Assembly: GCA_037446495.1 (NCBI GenBank)
Contig: JBBIIL010000003.1
Location: forward strand, 76,011 to 140,010
DNA length: 64,000 nucleotides
Source of the DNA: Chloroflexota bacterium
Lineage (GTDB): Bacteria; Chloroflexota; Limnocylindria; Limnocylindrales; CSP1-4
Direction of reading: 5' to 3'
Shown here: positions 29,218-38,235 of the stretch, piece after piece
How the letters are laid out: each line of letters starts with the position of its first letter
Position numbering within the stretch: the first letter of the stretch is position 1
Notes under the pieces: generated by a model
Told to the model about the DNA's origin: nothing
The model's input: only the letters and a program-made list of their open reading frames with translations
Databases searched by the model: none
Translations under genes and position numbers: made by a program

Positions 29218-30303
29218 TCAGTTCCCCTCCGCTGCGCCCGGCGCGTCGCTGCTGCCGGGCCGATCGGGCGAGACCTCGGACAGGCCGAGGTACCGAGCGA
29301 TCTCGCCGTTGACGCCCTCGCGGACCGCCTTGGCCGTCGTCTCGAGCGCGTACCAGACCATCCGCCGCTTGGCATTGCCGTGGGTGATGACCATCGTGCC
29401 GTTCACGCCCAGCAGCGTGGTTCCGCCCACCACCTCGTGGTCGAACTTGACACGGATGCGCGCGATGGACGGGCGCATCAGGAGACCGGCGAGCTTGCCC
29501 CGCAGCGAGCCGTAGAACTCGGCCCGCAGCAGGTCGAAGATGTAGTTGGCCAAGCCCTCGAAGAACTTGATCACCACGTTGCCCACGACCGCATCGCACA
29601 CCACCACGTCCGCGACGAATCGGGTCAGGTCGCGGCCCTCGACGTTGCCGATGAAGTTGAGGTTGGTCTGGTCGATCAGCTCGGTGGCCCGCGCGATACG
29701 CGCGTCGCCCTTCCCCTTCTCCTCGCCGATGGACAGCAGCGCCACCCGTGGGTTCGGGACGCCCATCACCCGCTCGGCGAAGATGGATCCCATGCGCGCG
29801 TACTGGGCGAGGTTCTCCGCGGTGGAGTCCGGGTTGGCGCCGATGTCGAGCAGCAGGAACGGCTTGCCGCCCGGCAGTTGGACGGCGAGCGGCGGCCGGT
29901 CGATGCCCGGGAGCGTGCCGAGGATCAGGACGCCGGCCGCCATGCCCGCGCCAGTGTGGCCGGCCGTGACGACGCCGTCCGCCTCCCCGTTCTTGACCAG
30001 CTCGGTGGCGATGCGGATCGACGACTGCTTCTTCCGGGCGAGGGCTCGCGCAGGATGCTCGTCCATGCCCACGACGTCGGGCCCGTGGACGAAGCGCACG
30101 TTGGCGGGGGCGTCGCCGGCGAGCTTTCTCACCAGCGCCTCGTCGCCCACGAGGATCACCTCGTCAACCGGATGCTCGCGGGCCCACTTCACGGCGCCGG
30201 GGACAACCTCGGGTGCGCCGAAGTCACCGCCCATGGCGTCCACCGCGATGCGGACGGCGCCATTGGCGCGTGGAGCGGGGGCGGGACTGGGCGTCGCGCT
30301 CAT
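29218..30303 (-). CDS. plsX: phosphate acyltransferase PlsX
   Basis: RIAVDAMGGDFGAPEVV N-terminus with full-length PlsX similarity. The ATG at 30303 lies after the rpmF stop at 30311. Confidence 0.93.
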   Translation of the reverse strand: MSATPSPAPAPRANGAVRIAVDAMGGDFGAPEVVPGAVKWAREHPVDEVILVGDEALVRKLAGDAPANVRFVHGPDVVGMDEHPARALARKKQSSIRIATELVKNGEADGVVTAGHTGAGMAAGVLILGTLPGIDRPPLAVQLPGGKPFLLLDIGANPDSTAENLAQYARMGSIFAERVMGVPNPRVALLSIGEEKGKGDARIARATELIDQTNLNFIGNVEGRDLTRFVADVVVCDAVVGNVVIKFFEGLANYIFDLLRAEFYGSLRGKLAGLLMRPSIARIRVKFDHEVVGGTTLLGVNGTMVITHGNAKRRMVWYALETTAKAVREGVNGEIARYLGLSEVSPDRPGSSDAPGAAEGN

Positions 30304-30310
30304 GGCGCGC

Positions 30311-30517
30311 TTACGAGTTGTCGCCGCCCTCGGAGCCCGGCGTCTTGAGCACGACCGCCTGACGGCCGTTGTACCAACCACAGGCGGGGCAGACCCGGTG
30401 CGGCAGCTTCTGCTCGTGGCAGTGCGGGCACTCCACAAGCTGCGGCAGGGTGATGGCGTGGTGGCTCCGCCGGTCCATCTGCCGGGCGTGAGCGACCTTT
30501 CGCTTCGGAACACCCAT
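30311..30517 (-). CDS. rpmF: 50S ribosomal protein L32
   Basis: MGVPKRKVAHARQMDRRSH ... CPHCHEQKLPHRVCPACGWY zinc-ribbon form of L32. Confidence 0.93.
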   Translation of the reverse strand: MGVPKRKVAHARQMDRRSHHAITLPQLVECPHCHEQKLPHRVCPACGWYNGRQAVVLKTPGSEGGDNS

Positions 30518-30857
30518 GTCGGTCTACGCTCCTGTTGGGCTCATCGCGCGGGACGGCCCCGCGATGGTGTCAGTGTTGGGTCGCCCGCTGTCCTGGGCGC
30601 GCTGACGCGCCGCCGGGTGGTTGGGCCGAAGAGGGATTTTAGCGGGTCCGGCGCGGTTTCGTCGAGCTCGCTCCGTCGAACGATGGCGGCGCCCGACCGC
30701 CCCTTCCGAGCCCGACCGTAACCCATCAGCCTCACACGGCGCATCCGAGGCCGCACTTCGTTGCCCGTCACGTCGCAGACGGACGCCGAACGAGGATCCA
30801 CGCGGCGAGAATCCGCTGAGCGCGACCGCCGCGCTGCGCACCACGCCACGGGTCCGC

Positions 30858-31466
30858 TCAGTCCGCGGGCTCGGCCTCGAACGCAGCCGCGTCGACGCGA
30901 AACCCGCGCAGGGCCTCCATCCGCGGGTCAATCGGCCCGTCGCCGTGACCATGGCCGGGCTCCAGGCGCGCGCCGCACTCGTCGCACAGGCCGGGGCAGT
31001 CGGGCTCGCACAGTGGGGCGATGGGCTCCTGGAGGCTGATCGCCTCGATGACGAGCGGCCGCAGCTCGAGCTCATGATGGTCGGTCAGACGCGGCGTCTC
31101 GGGGTCCTCGCCCTCCTCGAGCTCCACGGGCGCGCCGCTCGCGAGGTCGACGGACGGCAGGACCTCCTCGTCGAGCGTGACGCGCACATCGGTCGTGACG
31201 GCGCCAAGGCACCTCGCGCACTCGCCCTCGAGCGTGGTCGTGAGGTCTGATTCCACCACCAGGCCGCGGTTCGTTCGCAGCAGGCGGATCCCGCCGGACA
31301 CCGGTCGGCTGACAACCAGGTCCTCGCCCGCATCCACGGTGACGTCGTCCACCCGGTATTCGCGCACGGATCCCGGCGGCTCGGCGAGCAGACCGGCCAC
31401 GTTGAAGGTCAACGGGTCGCCCTGTGTGTCAACCGGTCGCGACGGATGGGGGTCGCCCGCGCTCAT
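30858..31466 (-). CDS. yceD: YceD/DUF177-family protein (large-subunit rRNA accumulation protein)
   Basis: C-terminal CEPDCPGLCDECGARL motif, in the canonical position upstream of rpmF. Confidence 0.85.
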   Translation of the reverse strand: MSAGDPHPSRPVDTQGDPLTFNVAGLLAEPPGSVREYRVDDVTVDAGEDLVVSRPVSGGIRLLRTNRGLVVESDLTTTLEGECARCLGAVTTDVRVTLDEEVLPSVDLASGAPVELEEGEDPETPRLTDHHELELRPLVIEAISLQEPIAPLCEPDCPGLCDECGARLEPGHGHGDGPIDPRMEALRGFRVDAAAFEAEPAD

Positions 31467-32023
31467 CGGCGAGCGAGGTTCCCGAGCCCCTCGTCATCGA
31501 CCATCCCCTCGACATCGTCGTCGCGCGCGGGCGCGTACGCGGGGCCCGACGCGGCCTCGGGTGGAGGAGCGAAGGCGGCGCGGCGCTCGTCCAGCATCGC
31601 GATGCCGCGCTCGATGCCGCGCAGCGTCCGGTTCACCTCGCCCTCGAGCTCGGTGAGCACGCCCGCGGCGTACTCGTCGGCACCCTGGCGAACGCTGTCA
31701 GCGTCGTCCTCTGCATCGGCGATGATGCGCCGGCTCTCCGCATCCGCAGCCTCGGTCAGGCCACGTTCCCCGATCAGGAAGGCGGCCTGCTCCTGCGCGC
31801 GCGCCACGATGCGCTCAGCCTCCTCTTGGGCCTTCTCGATGATCCGCTCGCCCTCGGAGTTGATCCGCTTGGCGGCGCGGACCTCCTCGGGCACGGCGAC
31901 ACGGAGCTCGTCGATGAGGTTGAGCGCCTGCTCGCGGTCGACGATCGCGTTCTTGGTCAGCGGGAGGGACTTCCCGTTCGCGATCAGGGACTCCAAGCGC
32001 TCGACGAGGAAGATGATGTCCAG
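31463..32023 (-). CDS. coiled-coil protein of unknown function (often auto-annotated as ATP synthase b-like); non-ATG start
   Basis: ORF with a long Glu/Ala/Arg-rich helix. The first ATG/GTG/TTG codon is the TTG at 31996. A CTG at 32023 (LDIIFLVERLESL...) follows GGGGAG by 7 nt and lies downstream of a TGcCATAAT element. Confidence 0.55.
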   Translation of the reverse strand: MDIIFLVERLESLIANGKSLPLTKNAIVDREQALNLIDELRVAVPEEVRAAKRINSEGERIIEKAQEEAERIVARAQEQAAFLIGERGLTEAADAESRRIIADAEDDADSVRQGADEYAAGVLTELEGEVNRTLRGIERGIAMLDERRAAFAPPPEAASGPAYAPARDDDVEGMVDDEGLGNLARR

Positions 32024-32072
32024 CGGTCGGCTCCCCAGGCTGGTGCCCCGGGGCGGGGCGTCTCGGGGAATG

Positions 32073-32081
32073 ATTATGGCA
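32073..32081 (-). promoter_or_regulatory. candidate extended -10 element (TGcCATAAT)
   Basis: The minus strand reads gcgTGcCATAATcattcc in the coaD-to-coiled-coil-gene spacer, followed by an in-frame TAA. It is one of very few AT-rich hexamers in this GC-rich window. Confidence 0.45.
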
Positions 32082-32113
32082 CGCGGGCGCGCGACGCTCC
32101 TGCCCCCTACGCG

Positions 32114-32611
32114 TCAGGCGCGCCGGCTCAAGGTGGCAGTCAGGGCCTCGGCGGCCGGGGCCGGCAGCATGCGCGAGACGTCCCCCCCTAACTGCGCGAT
32201 CTCCTTGACCAGGCTCGAGCTGATGTAGCTGTGCTCCAGGGAGGTCATGAAGAACACGGTGTCCACGTCCGGTGCGAGCTCGTGGTTGTTGTGCGCGAGC
32301 TGCATCTCGGTCTCGAAGTCGGCGATGGCGCGCAGGCCACGGACCAGCGACGACGCCCCGACGCGGTGGCAGAAGTCCACGGTCAGGCCGTCGAACGTCT
32401 CGACCGCCACGCGTCCGGCGAGGGCTGCATCGGCCGCGACGACCTGCGCGATGATCGCGACACGCTCCTCGGCCGCCAGCAGTGGCATCTTGCGCGGGTT
32501 GGCCAGGACCGCCACGACGACCTCGTCGAAGACGCGGGCGGCGCGGCGCACGACGTCGAGGTGGCCGTTGGTGATCGGGTCGAACGAGCCCGGGTAGACC
32601 GCGACGTTCAT
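32114..32611 (-). CDS. coaD: phosphopantetheine adenylyltransferase
   Basis: MNVAVYPGSFDPITNGH motif. The ATG at 32611 overlaps the rsmD stop (ATGA). Confidence 0.93.
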   Translation of the reverse strand: MNVAVYPGSFDPITNGHLDVVRRAARVFDEVVVAVLANPRKMPLLAAEERVAIIAQVVAADAALAGRVAVETFDGLTVDFCHRVGASSLVRGLRAIADFETEMQLAHNNHELAPDVDTVFFMTSLEHSYISSSLVKEIAQLGGDVSRMLPAPAAEALTATLSRRA

Positions 32612-33210
32612 GTCCCGCCCGCCTCCTCGCGCTCCGTGGGCACCGCGTCTCGGCGCCGGTAGAAGGTGAGCGCCGTCTCGCCGAAGCGGCGCTCCCGCAC
32701 GGATGCTAGCAGGCCGGTCTGCGCCGGCGGGGCCTCGCGCCAGAAGTGCTTCGCGATGACGACACCGTCGGGCGTCAGGAACCCGCCCACCAGCTCGAGG
32801 GCCTGGACCAGCGCCTCGGTGTCCGCGTAGGGCGGGTCCATCAGCACGATGTCGAACGGGCCGCCCGCCGCGGCGCCCGCGGGGTCCGCGAGCCACGCCA
32901 CTGCGTCGCGCCTGACCACCTCGCCCCGCCCCGCCAGGTTCGCGCGCCGCAGGTTCTCCCCGACCACCCGCGCCGCGCCGCCATCCTTCTCCACGAACAC
33001 GGCCCTGGCTGCACCGCGCGAGAGCGCCTCGATGCCGGCAGCGCCGCTGCCGGCGAACAGGTCGAGGACCACAGCGTCGGGGAGCTCGGGCTCGAGCACC
33101 GCGAACAGCGTCTGCTTCACGCGGTCCGCGAGCGGGCGGGTGCCGGGCCCGGGGGCGGTCAGGCGGATCCCTTTTGCGGTCCCCGCGATCACCCGGCCCG
33201 CATCGGCCAT
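32608..33210 (-). CDS. rsmD: 16S rRNA (guanine966-N2)-methyltransferase RsmD
   Basis: RPLADRVKQTLF, LDLFAGSGAAGIEALSRGA and DPPY motifs. It lies in the recG-rsmD-coaD context. Confidence 0.88.
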   Translation of the reverse strand: MADAGRVIAGTAKGIRLTAPGPGTRPLADRVKQTLFAVLEPELPDAVVLDLFAGSGAAGIEALSRGAARAVFVEKDGGAARVVGENLRRANLAGRGEVVRRDAVAWLADPAGAAAGGPFDIVLMDPPYADTEALVQALELVGGFLTPDGVVIAKHFWREAPPAQTGLLASVRERRFGETALTFYRRRDAVPTEREEAGGT

Positions 33211-33228
33211 GCCGCTCCCCTCCCGGCC

Positions 33229-35532
33229 CTACGCCGCGCTGGCGCTGGCCGCGTCGCCACGGAACACGCGCACCAGCCAGCCTGACTCGAGCTCCCGCGA
33301 CAAGTCCGCCAGGTCGGGCGGGAGCCGGCCGTCGGTGTCGAGGAGCGACTCGGCGTGGAGGCGCGCCAGCGCCGCCAGCTCGCGGTGGGCGGGGTCCGCG
33401 AGAGTGGCCACCCGGAGCCTTGGCAGACCGCTCTGCGCGAGACCCAGCACGTCGCCCTCGCGCCGCAGCTCGAAGTCCTTCTCGGCGAGCGCGAAGCCGT
33501 CCGAGGTGGACGCCACCGCCTTGAGCCGCTCGTGCTCCGCGGTGCCCTCAGCCGCCTCGCTGACGAGCACGCAGAACGATTCCACCGTGCCGCGGCCGAC
33601 GCGCCCGCGAAGCTGGTGGAGCTGCGCGAGGCCGAAGCGCTCGGCCCCCTCGACAACCATCATCGTGGCCGCCGGGACGTCCACGCCCACCTCGACCACC
33701 GTCGTCCCCACGAGCACGTCAAGCTCTCCGTCGCGGAAGCGTGCCATCTCCCGGTCGCGGTCAGCGGGCTTCAGGCGCCCGTGCACGAGGCCCACGCGGA
33801 GCGGCGCCAGCTCGAGGGTCAGGCGCTCGAACTCGGCCTCCGCGGCTGCGGCCCACACCGTCTCGACGTCCTCGTCGGGAAGCTCGTCGTCGCCGGCCCA
33901 GCCCCCGTCCTCCGCCTCGGCGCCGCCCGCCTCGGTCACCGCGGGCCCGATCCTCGGCACGACCACGAACGTGCGGCCACCCGCGACCGCCTCCTCGCGC
34001 ACCTTGCGCCACGTCCCGTCGAGCTCGGCCGGGCGCCGGATCCCGGTTCGCACGGGCACACGGCCGGCGGGCGCGGCGCGCAGGGTGGAGACGTCGAGGT
34101 CCGCGTAGAGCACCTGGCCCAGCGTTCTGGGAATGGGCGTGGCGGTCATCAGCAGGACGTGCGGCTGGTGGCCGGTCCCGGCCTTCGCCTCGAGCGCGCC
34201 ACGCTGCTCCACGCCGAACCGGTGCTGCTCATCCACGACGGCAAGGGCGAGATCGGCGAAGGCCACCTTCTCCTGGAGCAGCGCGTGCGTCCCAACCACG
34301 ACCGCCGCCTGACCGCTCATGATGGCCTCGAGCGCCCTCGCCTTCGCCTTGGCGTCGAGCGACCCCGTGAGCAGCGTCACGGGGATGCCCAGGTCCTCGA
34401 GCAGTGAGGCCACCGTCGTCAGGTGCTGGCGGGCGAGCAGGTCAGTCGGGGCGAGCATCGCCGCCTGGCGGCCCGAGAGCGCGGCTGCCGCGAGGGCCCA
34501 CGCTGCCACGGCGGTCTTGCCGGCGCCCACGTCGCCCTGGACGAGGCGCAGCATCGGCGTCGGCCGGGCCAGGTCCGCGCGGATCTCGGCGATCGTCTGC
34601 GCCTGGTCCGGCGTGAGGGCCGCGGCCCCGCCCAGCCTGCGTCCGAGTGACGCCTCGAGCGCCCGCCTGATGGCCTCGTCCCGCGCCTGGTCCACGGGGA
34701 TCGGCAGCGCGAGGTCTCGGCCGCGGGACCGGCGGCGCATCACCATGCCCAGCTGGAGGGCGAGCAGCTCGTCGTACGCGAGGCGACGGAGCGCGGCATC
34801 CCGGGCCTCGAAGTCCGGCGGGTAGTGGACGGCCTCGAGCACCTGTGCGATCGCGGGCGCGCCGGCCTCCCGGCGCAGCCTTGCCGGCAGGTACTCCGGG
34901 TAGGCCCGCCCGTCACGGTCGAGCGCCTGGCGCATCGCTGCGCGGAGCCGCGCCGTCGTGACGCCCGAGGTCAGGCGGTAGACCGGCACGATGCGCCCGG
35001 CGTGGAGCAGGGAGACGGCCGCCGCGGGCTGGAAGTCCGGGCCGTCGAGGACCAGCGTGAAGCCGCGCCGCTTGAGCTTGCCCGAGACGATGATCTCGTC
35101 GCCCTCGCGCAGGCGACGCTCGACGAACTGGCGTCCGAACCAGGCGGCCTCGGCGGTGCCCGTGTCGTCCTCGAGGTACGCGGTGGTGACCTGGACCTTC
35201 CGCCGCCACGTCTGCTGCACGCGGATCGCCGTCACGCGGACGCGCGCGGAGACCACCGTGCCGTCGGGGACGTAGGGCAGGCTGCCCAGCTGCATCAGCT
35301 GGCGCAGGTCGTCATACCGGCGAGGGAGGTGGAACAGCAGGTCGCGGACGGTTTCGATTCCCAGCCGCCGCCCGGCTCGGCGGAGCGTGCCGGCGGCGCT
35401 GAGGCCGGCCAGGGCGAGGGGCATCGAGAGCCGCTCGAATGGGTCCTCGGGCAGCTGCACGGACCTCCTGGCGGTCGTGGGGCGCAGCGGCCGGCTGCCG
35501 CGAGCGGGACCCGGCCGACGTCGCTCGCTCAC
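33229..35532 (-). CDS. recG: ATP-dependent DNA helicase RecG
   Basis: Wedge domain N-terminus, GDVGAGKT Walker A, DEQHRFGV, and helicase C-terminal motifs. The GTG start overlaps the upstream stop (GTGA). Confidence 0.93.
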   Translation of the reverse strand: MSERRRPGPARGSRPLRPTTARRSVQLPEDPFERLSMPLALAGLSAAGTLRRAGRRLGIETVRDLLFHLPRRYDDLRQLMQLGSLPYVPDGTVVSARVRVTAIRVQQTWRRKVQVTTAYLEDDTGTAEAAWFGRQFVERRLREGDEIIVSGKLKRRGFTLVLDGPDFQPAAAVSLLHAGRIVPVYRLTSGVTTARLRAAMRQALDRDGRAYPEYLPARLRREAGAPAIAQVLEAVHYPPDFEARDAALRRLAYDELLALQLGMVMRRRSRGRDLALPIPVDQARDEAIRRALEASLGRRLGGAAALTPDQAQTIAEIRADLARPTPMLRLVQGDVGAGKTAVAAWALAAAALSGRQAAMLAPTDLLARQHLTTVASLLEDLGIPVTLLTGSLDAKAKARALEAIMSGQAAVVVGTHALLQEKVAFADLALAVVDEQHRFGVEQRGALEAKAGTGHQPHVLLMTATPIPRTLGQVLYADLDVSTLRAAPAGRVPVRTGIRRPAELDGTWRKVREEAVAGGRTFVVVPRIGPAVTEAGGAEAEDGGWAGDDELPDEDVETVWAAAAEAEFERLTLELAPLRVGLVHGRLKPADRDREMARFRDGELDVLVGTTVVEVGVDVPAATMMVVEGAERFGLAQLHQLRGRVGRGTVESFCVLVSEAAEGTAEHERLKAVASTSDGFALAEKDFELRREGDVLGLAQSGLPRLRVATLADPAHRELAALARLHAESLLDTDGRLPPDLADLSRELESGWLVRVFRGDAASASAA

Positions 35533-37301
35533 TCGGCCGAGATCAGGTACCGGTAGTGGGGCTGGCCGCCGTGGAGAACCTCCACCTCGGCCCCGGGCGC
35601 CACCTCGTGGATCCGGGACGCCAGCTCCTCAGCGTCCTCGAGGGTCGCCTCCGCGCCGTAGTAGACCTCGACGATCTCGAACCCGCCCTTCAGGCGCCCG
35701 AAGGCGGCGATCACCGCACGGTGGGCGTCGTTGTCGAGGGCGAGCAGCCCGTCGTCGGGATCGAGGACCATCGTCTGGCCCTTCTTCACCTTCCTCCCGG
35801 ACACGGTGGCATCCCGCACGGCCTCGGTGACCTGCACCGAGAGGATGGCCCGGGCCGCCGAGGTCATCGCCTCCGCGTTCTCCTCGGCGCCCTTCGCCGG
35901 GTCCATGCGGAGCAGGGCTGCCACGCCCTCGGCGCAGTTGCGCGTCGGGACGATGTGGACCGGCCGGTCCGTCATCGCGGCAACCTGCTTGGCAGCCAGG
36001 GTCACGTTGGGGTTGTTGGGCAGGATCAGGAGCTCGTCGGCCTGCGTGGACTGCACTGCGTCGAGCAGTTCGCCAGTTGAGGGGTTCGCGGTCTGGCCGC
36101 CGTGCACCACGCGAAACGCCACGTACTCCCGGAAGCCGTCAGCGGTGGTCTCGAGGCGGCTCGCCAGACCGTCCGACGGGGCCACGGCCACGACGCCCAG
36201 CGGCATGCGCGTGAGCCGCAGCGACGCGGTGGCCGTCGCAACCGGCGTCGCCATGGCGCGGGCCAGGGTGTCGGCGAAGTCGAGCGTGGGCGACAGGGTG
36301 CCCGTCGTGCCGTCGACGAAGGCGGCGGCCCTCGCCTCGCGAACCTCGCTCGCCTGGCCGTCCAGATTCTCGATGGTGATGCGCGTGAGCGTGCCGATGG
36401 CGAGGCCGTACGCGATCACCGCGTCCGGGTGCTCGTTGTGGACGTGGATCTTGGCCATCTGCTCGTCGCCGGCGACCATGACCGAATCGCCCACGGACTT
36501 GAGGAACGCGCCGATGCCCGCGAGGTCCAGCCGCTCGCCCGGACGAGCATAAACGAGGTAGACGGTCTCGTAGCCGTAGCCCGTCTCCTCCCCGACGCGC
36601 AGCTGATACGGCGCACGGACGCCCGCCGCCGGGATCGCCACAGGATGCGGCGCGAGGTCCTCACGGGTGACGGGCGTGCCCCGGGCGGCGGACAGGGCAC
36701 CCTCGAGCAGTCGGAACAGGCCCTGGCCTCCGGAGTCCACGACCTTGGCCTCGCGAAGGACCTCGAGCAGCTGCGGCGTCCTGGCGACCGCCCGTTCGGC
36801 CGCCTCCACGGTGGTGGCGAGGACGGCCACTGCGTCGTTGTTCTGCTCGGCGGCGGCGATGGCGGCAGCGGAGGCCTCCCGGATGACCGTGAGGATCGTG
36901 CCCTCGACGGGGCGCTGCACCGCGGCATAGGCCTTCTTCGCGCCGGCGTCGAGCGCGTGGGCGAGGTCCAGGCCGTTGAACCGGCGCTTGCCCTCGAGCG
37001 CATGCGCGATGCCGCCGAGGATCTGGCTGGTGATGACGCCCGAGTTGCCACGGGCGCCCATGAGCGCTCCCTGCGCGACGGCGTGGGCCACGCGCGCCGC
37101 CTCTGCGTCCGGCCCGACGTTGAGGCCGTCGGCAGCATCGAGCGCGGCGCGGACGGTGGCCAGCATGTTGGAGCCGGTGTCCCCGTCGGGCACGGGGAAC
37201 ACGTTGAGCGCGTTCACCTCGTCCACGTGGGCCGCGAGGTTGGCCACGGCGCTGCGGAACGCCTTGAGGAACCTCGCCCCATCGACCGTCCGCTGCGGCA
37301 T
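35529..37301 (-). CDS. DAK2 domain-containing protein (YloV family)
   Basis: N-terminal Dak2 domain with the DGDTGSNM motif plus a DegV-like C-terminal half. It lies in the asp23-yloV-recG context. Confidence 0.88.
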   Translation of the reverse strand: MPQRTVDGARFLKAFRSAVANLAAHVDEVNALNVFPVPDGDTGSNMLATVRAALDAADGLNVGPDAEAARVAHAVAQGALMGARGNSGVITSQILGGIAHALEGKRRFNGLDLAHALDAGAKKAYAAVQRPVEGTILTVIREASAAAIAAAEQNNDAVAVLATTVEAAERAVARTPQLLEVLREAKVVDSGGQGLFRLLEGALSAARGTPVTREDLAPHPVAIPAAGVRAPYQLRVGEETGYGYETVYLVYARPGERLDLAGIGAFLKSVGDSVMVAGDEQMAKIHVHNEHPDAVIAYGLAIGTLTRITIENLDGQASEVREARAAAFVDGTTGTLSPTLDFADTLARAMATPVATATASLRLTRMPLGVVAVAPSDGLASRLETTADGFREYVAFRVVHGGQTANPSTGELLDAVQSTQADELLILPNNPNVTLAAKQVAAMTDRPVHIVPTRNCAEGVAALLRMDPAKGAEENAEAMTSAARAILSVQVTEAVRDATVSGRKVKKGQTMVLDPDDGLLALDNDAHRAVIAAFGRLKGGFEIVEVYYGAEATLEDAEELASRIHEVAPGAEVEVLHGGQPHYRYLISAE

Positions 37302-37723
37302 CAGGCGACGTCCGTGCCGCTCGCGGCGAGGTCCGCCGGGCTGGGCTCGGTGGTGACGGGCGCCTCCCGGAGGGGCGCGATGCCATGCTCGTGGCGGAGA
37401 CGGCCGATTCTGATGGTCACCCGCTCAGGCTCCTGGCCGACGGCATGGCGGAGCGTGTAGCGGACCGCTGATTCGACCTGGCGCGCAACCTCGGCGACGG
37501 GCAGGCCATAGGCCACGAGGAGATCGAGGTCCACTGCCAGCGCGGGGTTGATCGAGACGCGACAGCCGGGGTTGCCGAAGCCAGCCCGATCCACGAGACG
37601 CCCCAGCCGCCCGCCCCCTGCGAAGCCGGAAACGCCGTAGACCGACAGGACAGCGGTCCGGACCAGCTCGCGGACGGCGCGCTTGGTCACAAGCGATCGG
37701 CCGGGGATAGGTTCGGCGGTCAC
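37301..37723 (-). CDS. Asp23/Gls24-family protein
   Basis: LVTKRAVRELVRTAVLSVYGVSG ... matches the Asp23 family. The GTG at 37723 follows GAGGAGGA. The longer track ORF would overlap divergent rpmB. Confidence 0.8.
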   Translation of the reverse strand: MTAEPIPGRSLVTKRAVRELVRTAVLSVYGVSGFAGGGRLGRLVDRAGFGNPGCRVSINPALAVDLDLLVAYGLPVAEVARQVESAVRYTLRHAVGQEPERVTIRIGRLRHEHGIAPLREAPVTTEPSPADLAASGTDVA

Positions 37724-37889
37724 GCGGGCGACGTCCTCCTCGCGGGTCGCAGGCCGATGCTCGTCGGCCGGGTGGATCCTCACCGGGGCAGGGCCCCCGA
37801 AGGCCTGTGCTACGATACCACCCCGTTTGCGCCGCACGTCACCGGTGACCTGTCGGCCTGCCGACACCCTCCGAGGAACTACACAGACC

Positions 37890-38087
37890 ATGGCTCGAGC
37901 CTGCGCCATCTGCGGCAAGGCGTCGATCGGCGGGTTCAACCCCCAGTCGTCGGGGATGAACCGCGTTCGCGCCCACCGCCGCTACCAGCCGAACCTCCAG
38001 CTCACGACGCTTGCGAAGAACGGCAGCACCGAGAAGGTGCTCGCCTGCACGCGCTGCCGCCGCACGCTGACGAAGAGCGCCCGCTAG
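37890..38087 (+). CDS. rpmB: 50S ribosomal protein L28
   Basis: MARACAICGKASIGGFN...SHRRYQPNLQ is typical L28. A GAGGAA sequence lies upstream. Confidence 0.93.
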   Translation: MARACAICGKASIGGFNPQSSGMNRVRAHRRYQPNLQLTTLAKNGSTEKVLACTRCRRTLTKSAR

Positions 38088-38108
38088 CCCGCCATCCGGG
38101 CCCGTCGG

Positions 38109-38140
38109 AGCCGGTCGCCGATCCGCGGCCGGCTTCTTGG
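38109..38140 (+). terminator. candidate intrinsic terminator after rpmB
   Basis: 10-bp stem (agccggtcgc / gcggccggct, with one G-U pair) and a 6-nt loop, followed by tcttgg. The T-tract is weak. Confidence 0.45.
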
Positions 38141-38235
38141 CGTTCAGGGCATCACGGGGATCGCGCTCGCATCGGCCGCCGCGCCAAGGGGCGGCCTCCC
38201 CCAGGCGTCCACGATCGTGCGCAGCACCGAGCAGT

